DNA of 33,769 nucleotides from Vermamoeba vermiformis (Eukaryota): NCBI GenBank assembly GCA_045837725.1, contig JBEWZL010000099.1, positions 62,001 to 95,769 of the forward strand, read 5' to 3'. Shown piece by piece: positions 1 to 14,693 of this stretch (position 1 is its first letter; each line of letters starts with the position of its first letter). The notes under the pieces were generated by a model. It saw only the letters and a program-made list of their open reading frames with translations, ran no database searches and was not told where the DNA came from. The position numbers and the translations under genes were made by a program.

Positions 1-1481
1 GCTCACCCTTCCAAGTGGATGATATCTTGTCCAATAGTAATTTGCAGGAGAATATGAGCGAAGAGTACGTTATCATTATTAGGATTTTATTAATACTATT
101 TCTCAGATCAAAATTTAATGAGCAGACAAGTTCCAATCAGTTAATCTTTGACCCAAACAATAATAGGTAATGAGCTTTAAATGTAAACCTGCCTATTAAT
201 GACTAGGAATACCAGACCTCGTATACGCTACATAAATCTTAAAGCTATTGGATCACGTTTGCCATTAGAAGCACAAGCCAACATGGCAATTGCAAGAGCT
301 GTTCCTCTTCCTGCAAGTCATGAGTTAATAGGGCGTAACACATACTGGTTTGTCACCACTGAACCAGTAGAAGTTATTCATTCTTCAGGATCAAAAATGG
401 AGGAGCAATTAACAAAAACAATTAGTACAACACTTTACCTTTTGCAAATCAGATTTCGAACAGTGAGAGCCCATCTGACCTTCAGGTTTGGTGATAAATC
501 TGAAGTGCATATAAGGGCAACTAGGTGGATGGAGGTTGATAAAGACTTGTTAATGATACAAACACAATCTGAATATTTAGAACTTGGAAATGTTATTGGT
601 GAAGGAAGTTTTGGAACTATTTACCTTGCTGAGTGGAAAGGAGTGAAGTATGCTGTCAAGAAGTTTAAATTGTATGACAACAAGAAGGAAGAAATTGAAA
701 AAGAAGCTACAGCTTTGCAGTATGTAAACAGGTTCCACTCCTTGCAATAACTTCTCACACTTTTGACTACATAGACTTGTGCAACATGAATGCATTGTGA
801 CACTGGCTAGCATTACACATGATCAGGATGGCAAAATAATGCTTGTCATGGAGTACATGGAAGATGGCTCCCTAGCAGACTTCTTAAAAAATAACAAGTT
901 AACAAAAGAAGCTGCTATCCAAATAGCATTAGATGTAGCTGAAGGGCTGCAGTATCTCCATTCACAGAGGATTATTCATCGAGACCTCAAAAGTGCCAAT
1001 GTTTTGGTAAGATTGTCTTCCCCTAGTAATTACTAATTTTGATGGTTGCGTTAGCTGTATGCCAACAAGACACGTGCAAAGTTGACAGACTTTGGTACTG
1101 TCAGAATTTTTGGTGAGAGCTCAAAAGCAACTACTGTCCTTGGCACAGTTGGATTCATGGCACCTGAAATTATGCAAGAAGAACCTTACAATGCAAAAGC
1201 AGACATTTATTCGTAAGTTTCATTATATTTCAGTATTCTTCTAACTTTATCTTAGGTTTGGTGCATTAATGTTCCACATGCTCACCAACAAACTGTTGCC
1301 AGTGTTTTTTTCTGATAAAGTTCGTGCAAACAAGATCTCTGAAGTGCAGGACACTGAATTCCAGAACTTGATAAAACAATGTTGTGAAATTGAGCCAACA
1401 GCACGACCAACAATAGAACAGTGCATTCAGAAGTTGAATGAAATGAGACAACAAAGTTTGGAAAATAACAACAACATGTAA
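1..1481 (+). CDS. Ser/Thr/Tyr protein kinase (TKL-like), 5'-partial, multi-exon
   Basis: The spliced reading (introns about 65-106, 167-206, 720-774, 1007-1054, 1213-1255) gives all core kinase motifs: IGEGSFGTIY, AVKK, IIHRDLKSANVL, KLTDFG, GTVGFMAPE, ADIYSFG, ARPT. Stop TAA at 1479-1481. The region N-terminal to the kinase domain is not recognised. Confidence 0.92.
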
Positions 1482-1569
1482 ATTGCTGTTCACATGTCTT
1501 GCTGGAATAAAATGAAACACTTTAAGGGCATTTAAACTTCAAATGCAGATCTGCAGGGATCTACAAGAC

Positions 1570-2589
1570 TTAGAGAGTGATCTTGGTGCCCAAAGCCTTC
1601 AAAAACTCTCTCAACCAGGCAGGGTGACCAGGCCAAGCACATCCAGTGATGAATTTGCCGTTGTCACTCACCACGGCACCGTCGATAGCACATGCATCCA
1701 CAAAGATGGCACCGGCGGCAACCATTTCAGGCTAATTAGATACCGATCAATATTAAGGTGCTAGTAATAATATCGAATATATTACCTTGCAAGCGGGGTA
1801 AGCTGCAATCTTTTGGCCCTTGATCACGTCGGCAGCGGACAAGATCTGAGGTCCGTGGCAAATAGCAGCGATAGGCTTATTAGCAGCAGCAAAGTGTTGC
1901 GTCCATCGAATGATATGTTCCTAAATAATAGTAGTAGTTAATAATCGAACCTCGAAAAAAATTTATGAATCCGGATGTAGGCTTACATTCATGCGCAAGT
2001 GTTCAGGAGCACGACCACCAGGGATTAATAAGGCATCATAATCGTCAACTTTAACGGCATCAAAGTCGTAGTTCAAGACGAAGCGGTGACCTCGCTGAAA
2101 AACGCAATCTCGGTCAGAAAATGCAATTCCAACATGTTTATATTAAAATTTGCCTATAATATATTAATACGTACCAATTCAGTGTAAGTTTGTTCTCCGT
2201 CATTGAAGTCGTGAACGGCAGTAATGATCTGTCATAAAAATTATTTTAGCGGTATGAAATTTTAGAATTCCCTATGCTTTTACTATTATATAATGCTCAT
2301 ATAATAGAATATATATTAAATAATGTATAACTGTAAATTCTGGATTTTTGGGTATTTTTCAGTTAATATTTTTAAAATTAAAACCGAAGCCGTACCTTGT
2401 CGTTCTTCTTTTTGCCAGGTGATACAACATGTACTTCGTGACCAACAGCAGTCAATAATTGAAAAGGAACCATGATCTACATCCCGCAAGCAATTAGAAT
2501 TTACGCAACGGCAAAGAACTTAGCAAGATATGTACCTCATAGTCCTCGACGTAGTCGCCGGCAAAGCACAAAATCTTCTTACCAGACAT
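1570..2589 (-). CDS. DJ-1/PfpI family protein (glyoxalase III / YhbO / plant DJ-1D type), 6 exons
   Basis: The spliced minus-strand reading MSGKKILCFAGDYVEDYE|IMVPFQLLTAVGHEV...|IITAVHDF..EQTYTEL|RGHRFVLNYDFDAVKVDDYDALLIPGGRAPEHLR|..KPIAAICHGPQIL..AYPACK|PEMVAAGA..AWPGHPAWLREFLKALGTKITL* keeps the catalytic Glu and the Cys-His motif. Confidence 0.92.
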
Positions 2590-2860
2590 TGTTGCGTGGT
2601 GTAATGCTCAAAAGTTAACTGAAAATAAAATTTTTCGGAGCTGATCGAGTTTTCACAATCTTTTTGTGAGCTTTTCTCCGAAGAAATACACCGAATAGGC
2701 GCTATAAGCTCGATTCCCTCCGGAGCAGCTGCTAAAGAACGTCCAGATCTGAATTTCGATCTGATTGACATCGCCAAAAAAAATGATGGACAAGCGGTAC
2801 AGCCTTTAAAAAAACCGTTTTGGGAAGCATTTCAATAGTCAATAGCGTCTAATACCACAA

Positions 2861-3252
2861 ATGAACAAAGCCAGCCATCTTTACGAACAAGCGTTAGAGG
2901 CAAAGCAAGAACCGATTTCGAAACTTCGCTCGAAGCCAAGATCTCGAAAGAATTCAAAGACGAAAGCGCCGAAGAACAAAAATGAAACTAAAGAAGTAGT
3001 TTCAGACTTACCTTGGGCTCGCGGACCTCACCGGATCTCATTTTTGACCACTTTCGGATTTTTACCGAATCTGACCTTAGTTGGTACGTTTGACTTTGTC
3101 TAACCTTCATTTGGTTATTAATACCTTATTTAGAATACGCTTACAATGAGCAATCTAGCAAGAAGAGCGAAAACAAATGCTCTTGTCCAAAAGAGGCTGA
3201 TGTCGATCCGGATGTAATTGAAAACGTTGAAATCGGCTTAGTCAGCTACTAA
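2861..3252 (+). CDS. Small orphan protein (about 115 aa, basic N-terminal half, acidic C-terminus), 2 exons
   Basis: ORF 2861-3083 joins in frame through a canonical intron (about 3084-3133, gtacgt...tttag) to EYAYNEQSSKK...EIGLVSY*. No recognisable domain; the start codon is uncertain. Confidence 0.55.
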
Positions 3253-3296
3253 ATATTACCCGTATGTTACGTATCAATAAATATGCTATTATACGA

Positions 3297-5087
3297 TTAA
3301 GGCACGGCTTTATCAGTCTTTTTCGTGTTGTGTTCGTCATCGTTGCGCTGCTTGTCTTTGTATTTGAACCACGCGTAGCTGAAGCCGCCAGTTGAGTTCA
3401 CAAATAGGCCAAACAAATTGAACGGTGCTAAGTGCATGCCTCCTAAGAAGAATATGCCACCAAATGTCGTCATCACTGTCTTTAATTGGCCTGAGAAAAA
3501 ATTTATCAGGACTTGTACGATCATTACCAAATTAGGAAATAATGATTTGTTTTCTATATATAGTAATGATTAATTGATGGGTTTGCAATACGTACCAACG
3601 ACTACGAGTGTCAACGGTGAATTGACAGTCGTGCACAAAAATATCGAGTAGTTCAATAGCGCTCCGAGCAATATTGCCACCATGAAACAAAACTGCAATA
3701 AATAATAACAAATTAGTACCGTAAATCCATGTGATAGACAAGCAAGGATTTCCTATTTAGGCATGCTCGTTTGTTTGGATCAGTCAAAATTTTACACATG
3801 AAATAAAAAGCAACGATGTAAAAGTTATTTGTTATTATTTACATAATAAGACGTTCTAATTAATTTCGAAACGATTGCGAATATTTGCCTAATTTGGAAA
3901 AGTACGACAATCAATCGTCAAGTTATGTTTCAGTACGTACCAAAAAATCAATGTGGAATAAATTGGGATACGCCAATGCCGCTGAAAATTCACCCGTGAA
4001 GAAAGTGAATATAAATACGAACGGCATTGAAATCAAACAATTGTAAAACAACATTTCAAACGTGTTGATCCCGGTGTCGATTTTCGTCTTAGCCAAAAAC
4101 AGCAAATAACACGCTTGACTGAAACAACTAATCGTTGCCATAATATAGCCCGTAAGATCGAATTCAACGTCCGCGTAGCCCATAATAACCGCTCCTAAGT
4201 AGGAAAAAATTAATAAATTAAAAATAATTTAGTTTAAAATTGTTAGCAAGAGTGCTTATGACTAAGCAAATTATAGCGTTGTAGTAATATATTAAGAGTA
4301 CCTATAACGATAAGCCAAACGCTCACGATGATTTTTAGTGAAGATCTTTTGTTCAACAGGATCCATTCGCCGACAAGAACGATTAACAATGTCATTCTTT
4401 TTAATGACCTATATATTATTATTTTAATATCAGCTATATTAAGGATAATTTATGCCTCGGCAAATGAAAGTTCGAAATACTTACGAATAGATCGGAATTT
4501 TTAGTTGCGAAAGTGCTGCCAATGCAACTCCGACATTAAATGCGTAGAATAATGATACTATATACAACTATAATATGATGATTAATTAATAAATGATATT
4601 TAGTCGGATCTAATGCTTGCGTACTTGTTTGACTTTTGTCCAATTAAAGTCTTCAAGTTCAATTAGCTTTGTTCTCTTTAACAGTTGCAGTACTAATATT
4701 GATATAACTAATTGCACGAAGAGGATGACGTTCGAATACGAGAATTTGTATTGTGACAGCACCATCTGAAGATCAAGATCCGTTAGTTTAATTTAAAATT
4801 TAGAAAAATCATCTAACCGTACTCTAGCGATTATAAAAATATTTTAGCATAAATTGTATTCTTTAAATTATTTTACCTTGTTAAAGAACGTCATGGACAC
4901 GGATACCGATACTGAAGAAAAAAAATAAATTAGAATAATCGTGCCAATATTTATAAATATTATTTTGTAATATAACAAACCATATGGACTCGTAAAACGA
5001 GTTAAATTACTTACCATAAAAGGCACAAGTCCAGATGCTTTTTATGGAAGCTTGATCTAGCCGCCTAAGCGACGTTAGATGCTGCAT
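3297..5087 (-). CDS. Nucleotide-sugar transporter, SLC35D/UTr7-like (TPT/DMT superfamily), multi-exon
   Basis: Multiple hydrophobic helices with family-typical segments: CAFYG..SVSMTFFNK, KIPIYS.IKR, FDLTGY, MLFYNCL, LNYSIFLCTTVNSPLT..VVGQLK. Confidence 0.85.
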
Positions 5088-5443
5088 GGTCAATTATTAT
5101 GCTGCACTACTACACTCGATGTAGCTTAGTGGTGAATAATTTCAATAAATAAATAACTGACAGAAATTTTGCGCCGATAACCCATCGATTTCCTCCGTTT
5201 GAAATCTTTTCTTTTTTTGTTCATTTTTGAAGCATACGCAGTATATGCACTCACTTACATATGCTAAGAACCGTTACAACAAAGTTAGTGGGGCTTCGCC
5301 GACCGTTTTTGGGTGGATTTAACAAATCTAACAGAACTAAGCAATACACAACGAATTGTAAGTCATAATTATAATTAATAATATTTTTATTGTCATTTAC
5401 TCATAATAATACTTCATTTCAGGCGGATTATTTGCCAGCAAAT

Positions 5444-7907
5444 ATGACAGCTCGCATAATTATCGGTAAGGCAACTCGCAATCGCTCTTTAAATATGCTG
5501 ATTCGATTTTATAATCTTTAATTAACTAAATATTAATATTTTACGAATTTTAGTGCATTATCGATCGAAAAACCGAAATCTGGATCCTCTGCGTTTCGCT
5601 CCTATGCACTAACTATACCCTCGAGCGATTTGTACACCCAAAAAGGCACTACCTACAAACTTCTATTGTAATGTTAACGATTAGCAGATAAGGTTCGTCT
5701 GTGGACGGCCGCACAACTTTCGGGTTGGATGCAACACAACGCGAATCTAACAAACGACCAGATCCAAGTCATTTTAAGCAATAATATGTGCGGCGATGAC
5801 CTATTAGACGCGGATATATCTTCTTTCAAAAAGCTTCGCGCAGAATATCCTAAGGCCACTCGTGAGTTGTGGCGAGCCGTTCAAAAATTCCGGATGGGTA
5901 CGTTAACATGCAATAATAATCATTCACATTAACAACTATATTTATTTCAATATAGCTTTTATGATTCCTACCGAGTTGCGCCCTGAGAGTGCGTCTTTCT
6001 CTCCCGACACTAACGTCCTCGGATTGCCGTTCGTTGGCCGAACTGCTGTGATAGAAAAAGCTCTCGTTGCCATGCAAACACATGCAAATATTGCGAATTA
6101 TTCGAAAACTGAAGGCACAGCAGATCATGTTCGTCTCGGAAATTCTCGTCTTTTTGCTGTTGGCGCACCTGGCATTGGCAAAACTCGATTTGCAGAGGAA
6201 TTTCCACGGCTGCTAGCGGAGCGCAGTACTGGCGAGTTAAAAAAGAAATTAGAAAATGTTAGAACTGTACGGCTCACATTCAAGAGCGGCAAAATGATTA
6301 GCGAAGCAGTAGACTGCAAATGGAAGTACTTTATGGACCAAGTCAATTGGATTTTGACTGCTAGAGCAATTTATGCCATTTACAACGTCAAAGAAAGTTA
6401 TTCGAATTGGTCTGCAGAGCTGTCACGGCTATTAGGCGATGACTTGCCTCAGTGCTTCAACATGGAAACATTTACTGAGGAGTTACTTCATAGAGATCCG
6501 TCTGCAAGTGCAATTTATTTTCATTTGGATGAAGTACAATCAATCACATTACTACCACAAGAGGTTGGTGCAAATATAATTCACACTCTATCAGCTCTAC
6601 ATGCCAAGTACAATACAAAAAAGCACTTGACTTTGTTGCTCTTCACTGGCACAATGCTGTCTGATATTCAGACCATGCTTGAACGACAAGTTGGAGTTGG
6701 AAGTCCAATTGCCTTTCCTCTGGTCAGTTTGCCCATGGAAACACTAGAAGAAGATCAAATCTTCAATATCATTTCTACAATGAAAGCTCAAGGCAAGTTA
6801 CCTTGGCTGAGAACAGATTTGCAGACAAATGTGCCTTTCCTGAAGCTAGTGGCATTCACTGGTGGAGTGCCACGTCTTCTTGAATTGTTGTTTTTTGCTG
6901 GCACTGTTGCAACTGACATCAATGACATGGCTGCAAATTTTGCCACTCAGGTTGTTACCAGATACCCCATGGTTAATTTGAAGCCAGTTTACAATGCATG
7001 CTGCTTAGCTCTTTCTGGCAAAAGGTTTGAACTTGATGCTAAGCTACCAAATGACCCAGAACAAACAATTGAAAAGTTATGTTCCAATGGACATCTTTTC
7101 TTGGCATCTGGCAGGCAGATAACTGTACCTTTTGTTTATGTTTGCTTGACTGTGTTGACTGAAGATCTGGCAAAAGGAGATTTCAAAGACAAACTCACAG
7201 ACTTTCGACAAAAGCTTATTGTTCCCACTCAATTATTGGTTTGGCAAGATTTTGAGACATTTAATTTGCTCTACACCATGGTACAAGTCAAAGCCCTACT
7301 TCACTTCACATGCACAACAATAACTGTCAAAGAGTACTTCCATCATGCACACACCATGTCCAAAAGCATTGAAGCATTGCAATTTAAACTGGTCAACAGA
7401 GACTATGCTGAACTTGGCCACAGTTGGCCAGCAAGTGAATGGCCAATTTCTCAAGCGCATTTGCATCCAGTTTATACTGCAAATATTCTCAGCGCAGTGT
7501 TCCTCAATGCTCCTGGAGCTCCCTTTGATGGTTTTGAATTCGTGGAATTGGCTGATAAACAAGAATACATCATCTTTGCACATCAAAACAAGCACACTAC
7601 TGATGGACAAACAGATTTGACATCAAAAACAATTGTCACTGAGTACAAAAAAGTGCAAGAGGCTTTCAAAAGTTGGAAGATGTCAATGCAAGCGTCTGAC
7701 CAGTTTGACAAGTACAAGAACGATGAAGAGTTAATTGCACTCAAACAAGCAACAAAACGCATTGTTCTTGTTGTGTTCACTAACCGCAGAATAGTAGTAG
7801 ACCCTGAGTATCCAATGCCACATGAAAATTTGATTGTTATCAACAGCCAAGCGCATTTTGGTCCGTTCCAATCAATAACCAAATTTTTCGAAGGCAACAG
7901 GTCCTAA
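5444..7907 (+). CDS. SAM-like header + P-loop NTPase + PD-(D/E)xK restriction-endonuclease-fold protein (Crinkler/RHS 'CR' effector type)
   Basis: Exon about 5685-5897 encodes a SAM-like pattern (VRLWTAAQLSGWM...ILSNNMCGDDLL...RELWRAVQKF). It is spliced (intron 5898-5955) in frame to the 648-aa ORF with Walker A GAPGIGKT, Walker B IYFHLDEVQ, TGGVPRLLE and a C-terminal NAPGAPFD...HQNK nuclease-like motif. The 5' start (5261 or 5444) is unresolved. Confidence 0.8.
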
Positions 7908-8178
7908 CGAAGCACTATTATATTTGAATAAAAAAATTTGGAGATTTTATGCAAGTCTGCATATCTGCTAGTCAGCCAAAATTAAACTAGACACAAAGCC
8001 TGCCACTGTCAAAATCACCACACTGACTGTATGTTTATTATGTTATCGTGTATTAGTATGATAGCGATGCATACAATCAATTTATCAATTTCGCTCTGAA
8101 GGAAAATTCGGCGCAGACAATTTTTTTGGACCTGTGCGAAATTTTAATTATCTTTTTGATAGCGCCTTCAGGAACAAA

Positions 8179-10704
8179 ATGGCTGCCAAAACAGTTATCA
8201 TATTTCCCGAGACCTCTAATGATTATTACAAGACGTTCTATGTAACGCCGGATGTTGACACTGCAGGTAAGAAACAGAATCTTTTTTGTTAGAGCTTTAA
8301 ATTAACCCGTAATATTTTATAAAATGTCTACTAATATTTGGTGACCATTTGTGAATAAATTTGCCGTGTCAGAAAGATTTTCTCAAATTGATTTTTTTTT
8401 TGTTCGCTGATGCGACGCGTAATTTGGGCTAACGCAGTTCTTATAGAGCTTAAGATGCTAATACAAAATGAATTTGGTCTATCCTCGGATACAAACTTCG
8501 GTCTGCTCTTTTACAAAAAAGAACGCGAAATTTTAATCCCGATCAGCGCTTTAAAAAGCTTCTGCTCGTTGGAAAAAGGCGACTTAACACTAAGACTCAA
8601 AGTATATTATTATGAGAACTCGACTGAAGGATTAGAACGCCAAGTAAGTCTAAATTTAGAAAATATCTTTTTCTCCGGGATCGGATGTTTAAATTTCTTT
8701 CTTTTTGCAGCAACAAATCAACGCCGAAGGAAATTGGGAAGACGAAAAGTATTTCGGAGAATACGGACATTTAGTGAGTATTGCATATTAATCTTGACCT
8801 AATTGCATTCGATTGAAAGTAGATGACCAAAAGAATGGTCCTCTCACCTGTTTGTTATAGACTATTCATTGGCATATGTTGAAAGATACTGAGCGATGCA
8901 ATAAGTACCAAGAGGCTGTTGAACGGTTCAAGCAAGACATTAAAGGCAAAATCGTTCTAGATGTCGGATGTGGTACCGGAATTTTATCCTGTTTCTGCGC
9001 CAAGGCCGGCGCTAAAAAAGGTAAACTATAAAACGAATATTAGTCCATAATTTAACCAAAATAATACCAATAATTAACGTAACAATTCAAAATTGAATTT
9101 GTCGATCCAAATCTACTTTACTAATTTTCATATTATCATGATTAGTATATGCTATTGAAGCAAGTGAAATGGCATCACATACCGAAATGATCGTCGCTAA
9201 GAACGGCCTATCAAATGTTATTGAAGTTATCCACGGCAAAGTCGAGCAGATCCAACTACCCGTCGAACAAGTCGATGTAATTATATCTGAATGGATGGGC
9301 ATATTCTTATTGTTCGTAAGTATCACTATTTATCTATTCTATATAGATCAAACAACCTTAACATTAATTCGTTCGAAACAAAAATCCCGATGTCGCAATT
9401 TTATGGGCAGATCTGAACAGTTTTACAACAATCGTAAATTATTATTAAATTCAATTAAATTTATTATATGCCTGTTATTACCAATATCTTTTAAGTAAGT
9501 TGAAAATGTCATTGATGCCTTGACTTTGTGTGTCTAGTTTACTGACCCGTCTAATATTTCCTAATTAGGAATCGATGCTCGAATCAGTTCTTTTTGCACG
9601 CAATAAGTGGCTGAAACCTGTAAGACAATATTATTAACAAGAATTTAATGCCAAATAGTAATTGCTTGTCGGTGGACTTATTCAGATCGATTCATATATA
9701 GTAATATATTATATATTATAGGACGGATTGATGTTCCCCGCTGAAGCCAAAATGTATTTAGCGCCGCTCAAGTACAACAAGTACGCACAAGAACGAATTG
9801 ACTTCTTCAGCAAACCTGTCAACGGCATCGATCTGTCGCCATTAGTGTACGTCATAGATAGTATTTAAATTTAATAGCATAACATATGATGTTAAAATCG
9901 TTCCACGTAATCAAAACAAATTCGGGAGCTGAATCTGGATTCTACTGAATTGCCAAATCTGCTCAAATTTCAGTTTATTAAGCACCGCCTCGATATATTT
10001 ATCATATATTGATATTCCAATGAACCTTTCTTATAATTAAGCCTTCTTTTAGTTGACAAAATTTTACGACAACTAGTTTTGTACTGACATTTGACATTTG
10101 ATTTTTAGTCCGTTCGCCAAAGAAGAATTCACCGATCGATGTTTAAAAGCTGAAGCAATTACATACGACGTCGTAGTTGATAAGGAAGTCGTATTTTATG
10201 AAATGGATATTAAGACGATGGATGCAGAAGATGCCAGAGTAAGTCAAAACATACTCGCTGATACTTGTAATATCGATATTAATACCCTTTTTTCTTAGAA
10301 AATAATTTACGAGTTTGAATTTGAACCAGAATGTGGGTACTTGGACGGATTTGTTACGTGGTTCGACGTCACGTTCAAAGGATCCGATGCTTCGTTAGAG
10401 CCAGTCGTATTATCGACGTCACCTAAATATATGTAAGTATTATTGTCAATATTTTAATACCGAACGACGGTTTAAATCGTTTTCAAATCCGATCTGGATC
10501 GAATCTGATTTTTTTCTTTTCAGACAAACGCATTGGCGCCAAGATGTGTTCTTAATGACCGATAGAATACTACTGCCAGATGCTAATAAGAAGGTTAAAG
10601 GCTTTATCCGCGCTACGCAACAAAAGAAGTGGCGAAGACATTACGAAGTTGAATTTTCATTCAGTGCTGGCGATAAGGAGCATTATAAGCAGTTTTTGCT
10701 TTAA
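8179..10704 (+). CDS. Type I protein arginine N-methyltransferase with about 100-aa N-terminal extra domain, multi-exon
   Basis: PRMT motifs: [61 protein letters not shown] and the THW loop. Stop at 10702-10704. Confidence 0.92.
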
Positions 10705-10920
10705 AATACGACAATAATATTGTTACCATGTGTTAATGCCTCTAAATAGTTCATTTCGTCCATCTCTAACAATTCTCATCCAGAAGATCGCGATCGTATA
10801 TTATTTATTTAAATCTTTATCTATTATAAAAAAAAAAAAATAATGGAAATTTGAGTTCTGAGAATAAATCAGATCGGTAATTCCAGATCCAGATGCATGC
10901 AGGTTTATAGCTGCAAAATA

Positions 10921-11995
10921 TTAAGGACAATACTGATGTAAGAAGTATTCTTCTATTCTTGTTAGCGATGACGCGAGTTGCTCGGCAGATGCGCTCTTTG
11001 AACTCAACATCTGCAGTTCGTCATCGTCCAAGATCATCTCTTGAAATTTCCCTTGTTTTAATTGCGCCATAAATTCACTTTTCCATTTTGAGAACTGTTT
11101 GCCATTAATATGCGGGTACTTGCTTATTAGTGGCGAGATCAATTTTCTGAGTCGCAAATCCGCTTGATGTATTAGATTCTTTTCGTTCTCGAGTTTCATC
11201 TTCATATTCTCTTCTGTGTTAATAATAGGTATATTTGGAATAGGATCGTGCCAGAGCTCAATTATCTTTTGTGTAACGGATCTAGATTCGTCAGAAAAAA
11301 ATTCATAATGAATTCTTAACGTACCCCACATCAATACTATAAGCCGTGTTAATGGTTATAGAGTGCTTTTCCCATTTAAATTTCTCAGAATCGGGCCGTT
11401 CAAGTTTTAAATTCATTTCTGTGATGGTTTTAACGGGAACAACTTGATCTCCAACTCTTCGGGCATTTAATTCGATGGCCTTATTAACATCGCATTCTAA
11501 ATATATCTCTATGAATCCGGAGTTATCTATAATTTTGTAAGATTAGTTAATGAATCGAAGATCTTTTTCATACATCTGCGTGCAAGTTGAAAAAACGGGT
11601 ATCTCATGCTTCTGTATTGCATATTATCATCTATAATAATCAACTACATTTTTATTAGTACATATATCAATAAATAAACGAAATTCTCTTACGTGTCGTG
11701 AGTCTGCAGGCAAGACGTTGGATTTGATAACATTTTCGACCTGATCGAGGCACTGTTTTCTTGATTCATGCCATAATCCTGGGTCGAAATCAACGCTCGG
11801 TATTTTTTCATATTTTTCTGAGATTATTCTAGCGTATTGTGCATCGTATGAAATGATCGTGCTGGAGATGTAGGCTTGTTCAAGGAACGCGCTTAAGCTT
11901 CGTGCAAATGTCGATTTGCCACTTGCAGGCAATCCTATTAATACTAAAATACATAGTTGAGGCGCGTGATTTGTTGTGTTCGTGTTGTGCTCCAT
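10921..11995 (-). CDS. PSTK: L-seryl-tRNA(Sec) kinase
   Basis: P-loop LIGLPASGKST, IISYD, W...RK, IIIDDNMQYRSMRY..FQLAR, LNARR..VP..TI..M..KLE.P and the C-terminal HQADL.LRK match the eukaryotic PSTK pattern. Confidence 0.82.
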
Positions 11996-12081
11996 AAAAT
12001 TAATCAGATCTGCAATGTGCTAACACAACTGACCTCAACAAATCAAATATTATAATATTACATTGACGACATTATTATAAA

Positions 12082-14693
<2,612 letters not shown>

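Noticed and set aside
5961-7907. Long intronless ORF as an autonomous transposon or a bacterial contaminant
   Set aside because: No terminal repeats, target-site duplication or transposase/RT motifs are visible, and it is joined to upstream exons by spliceosomal introns.
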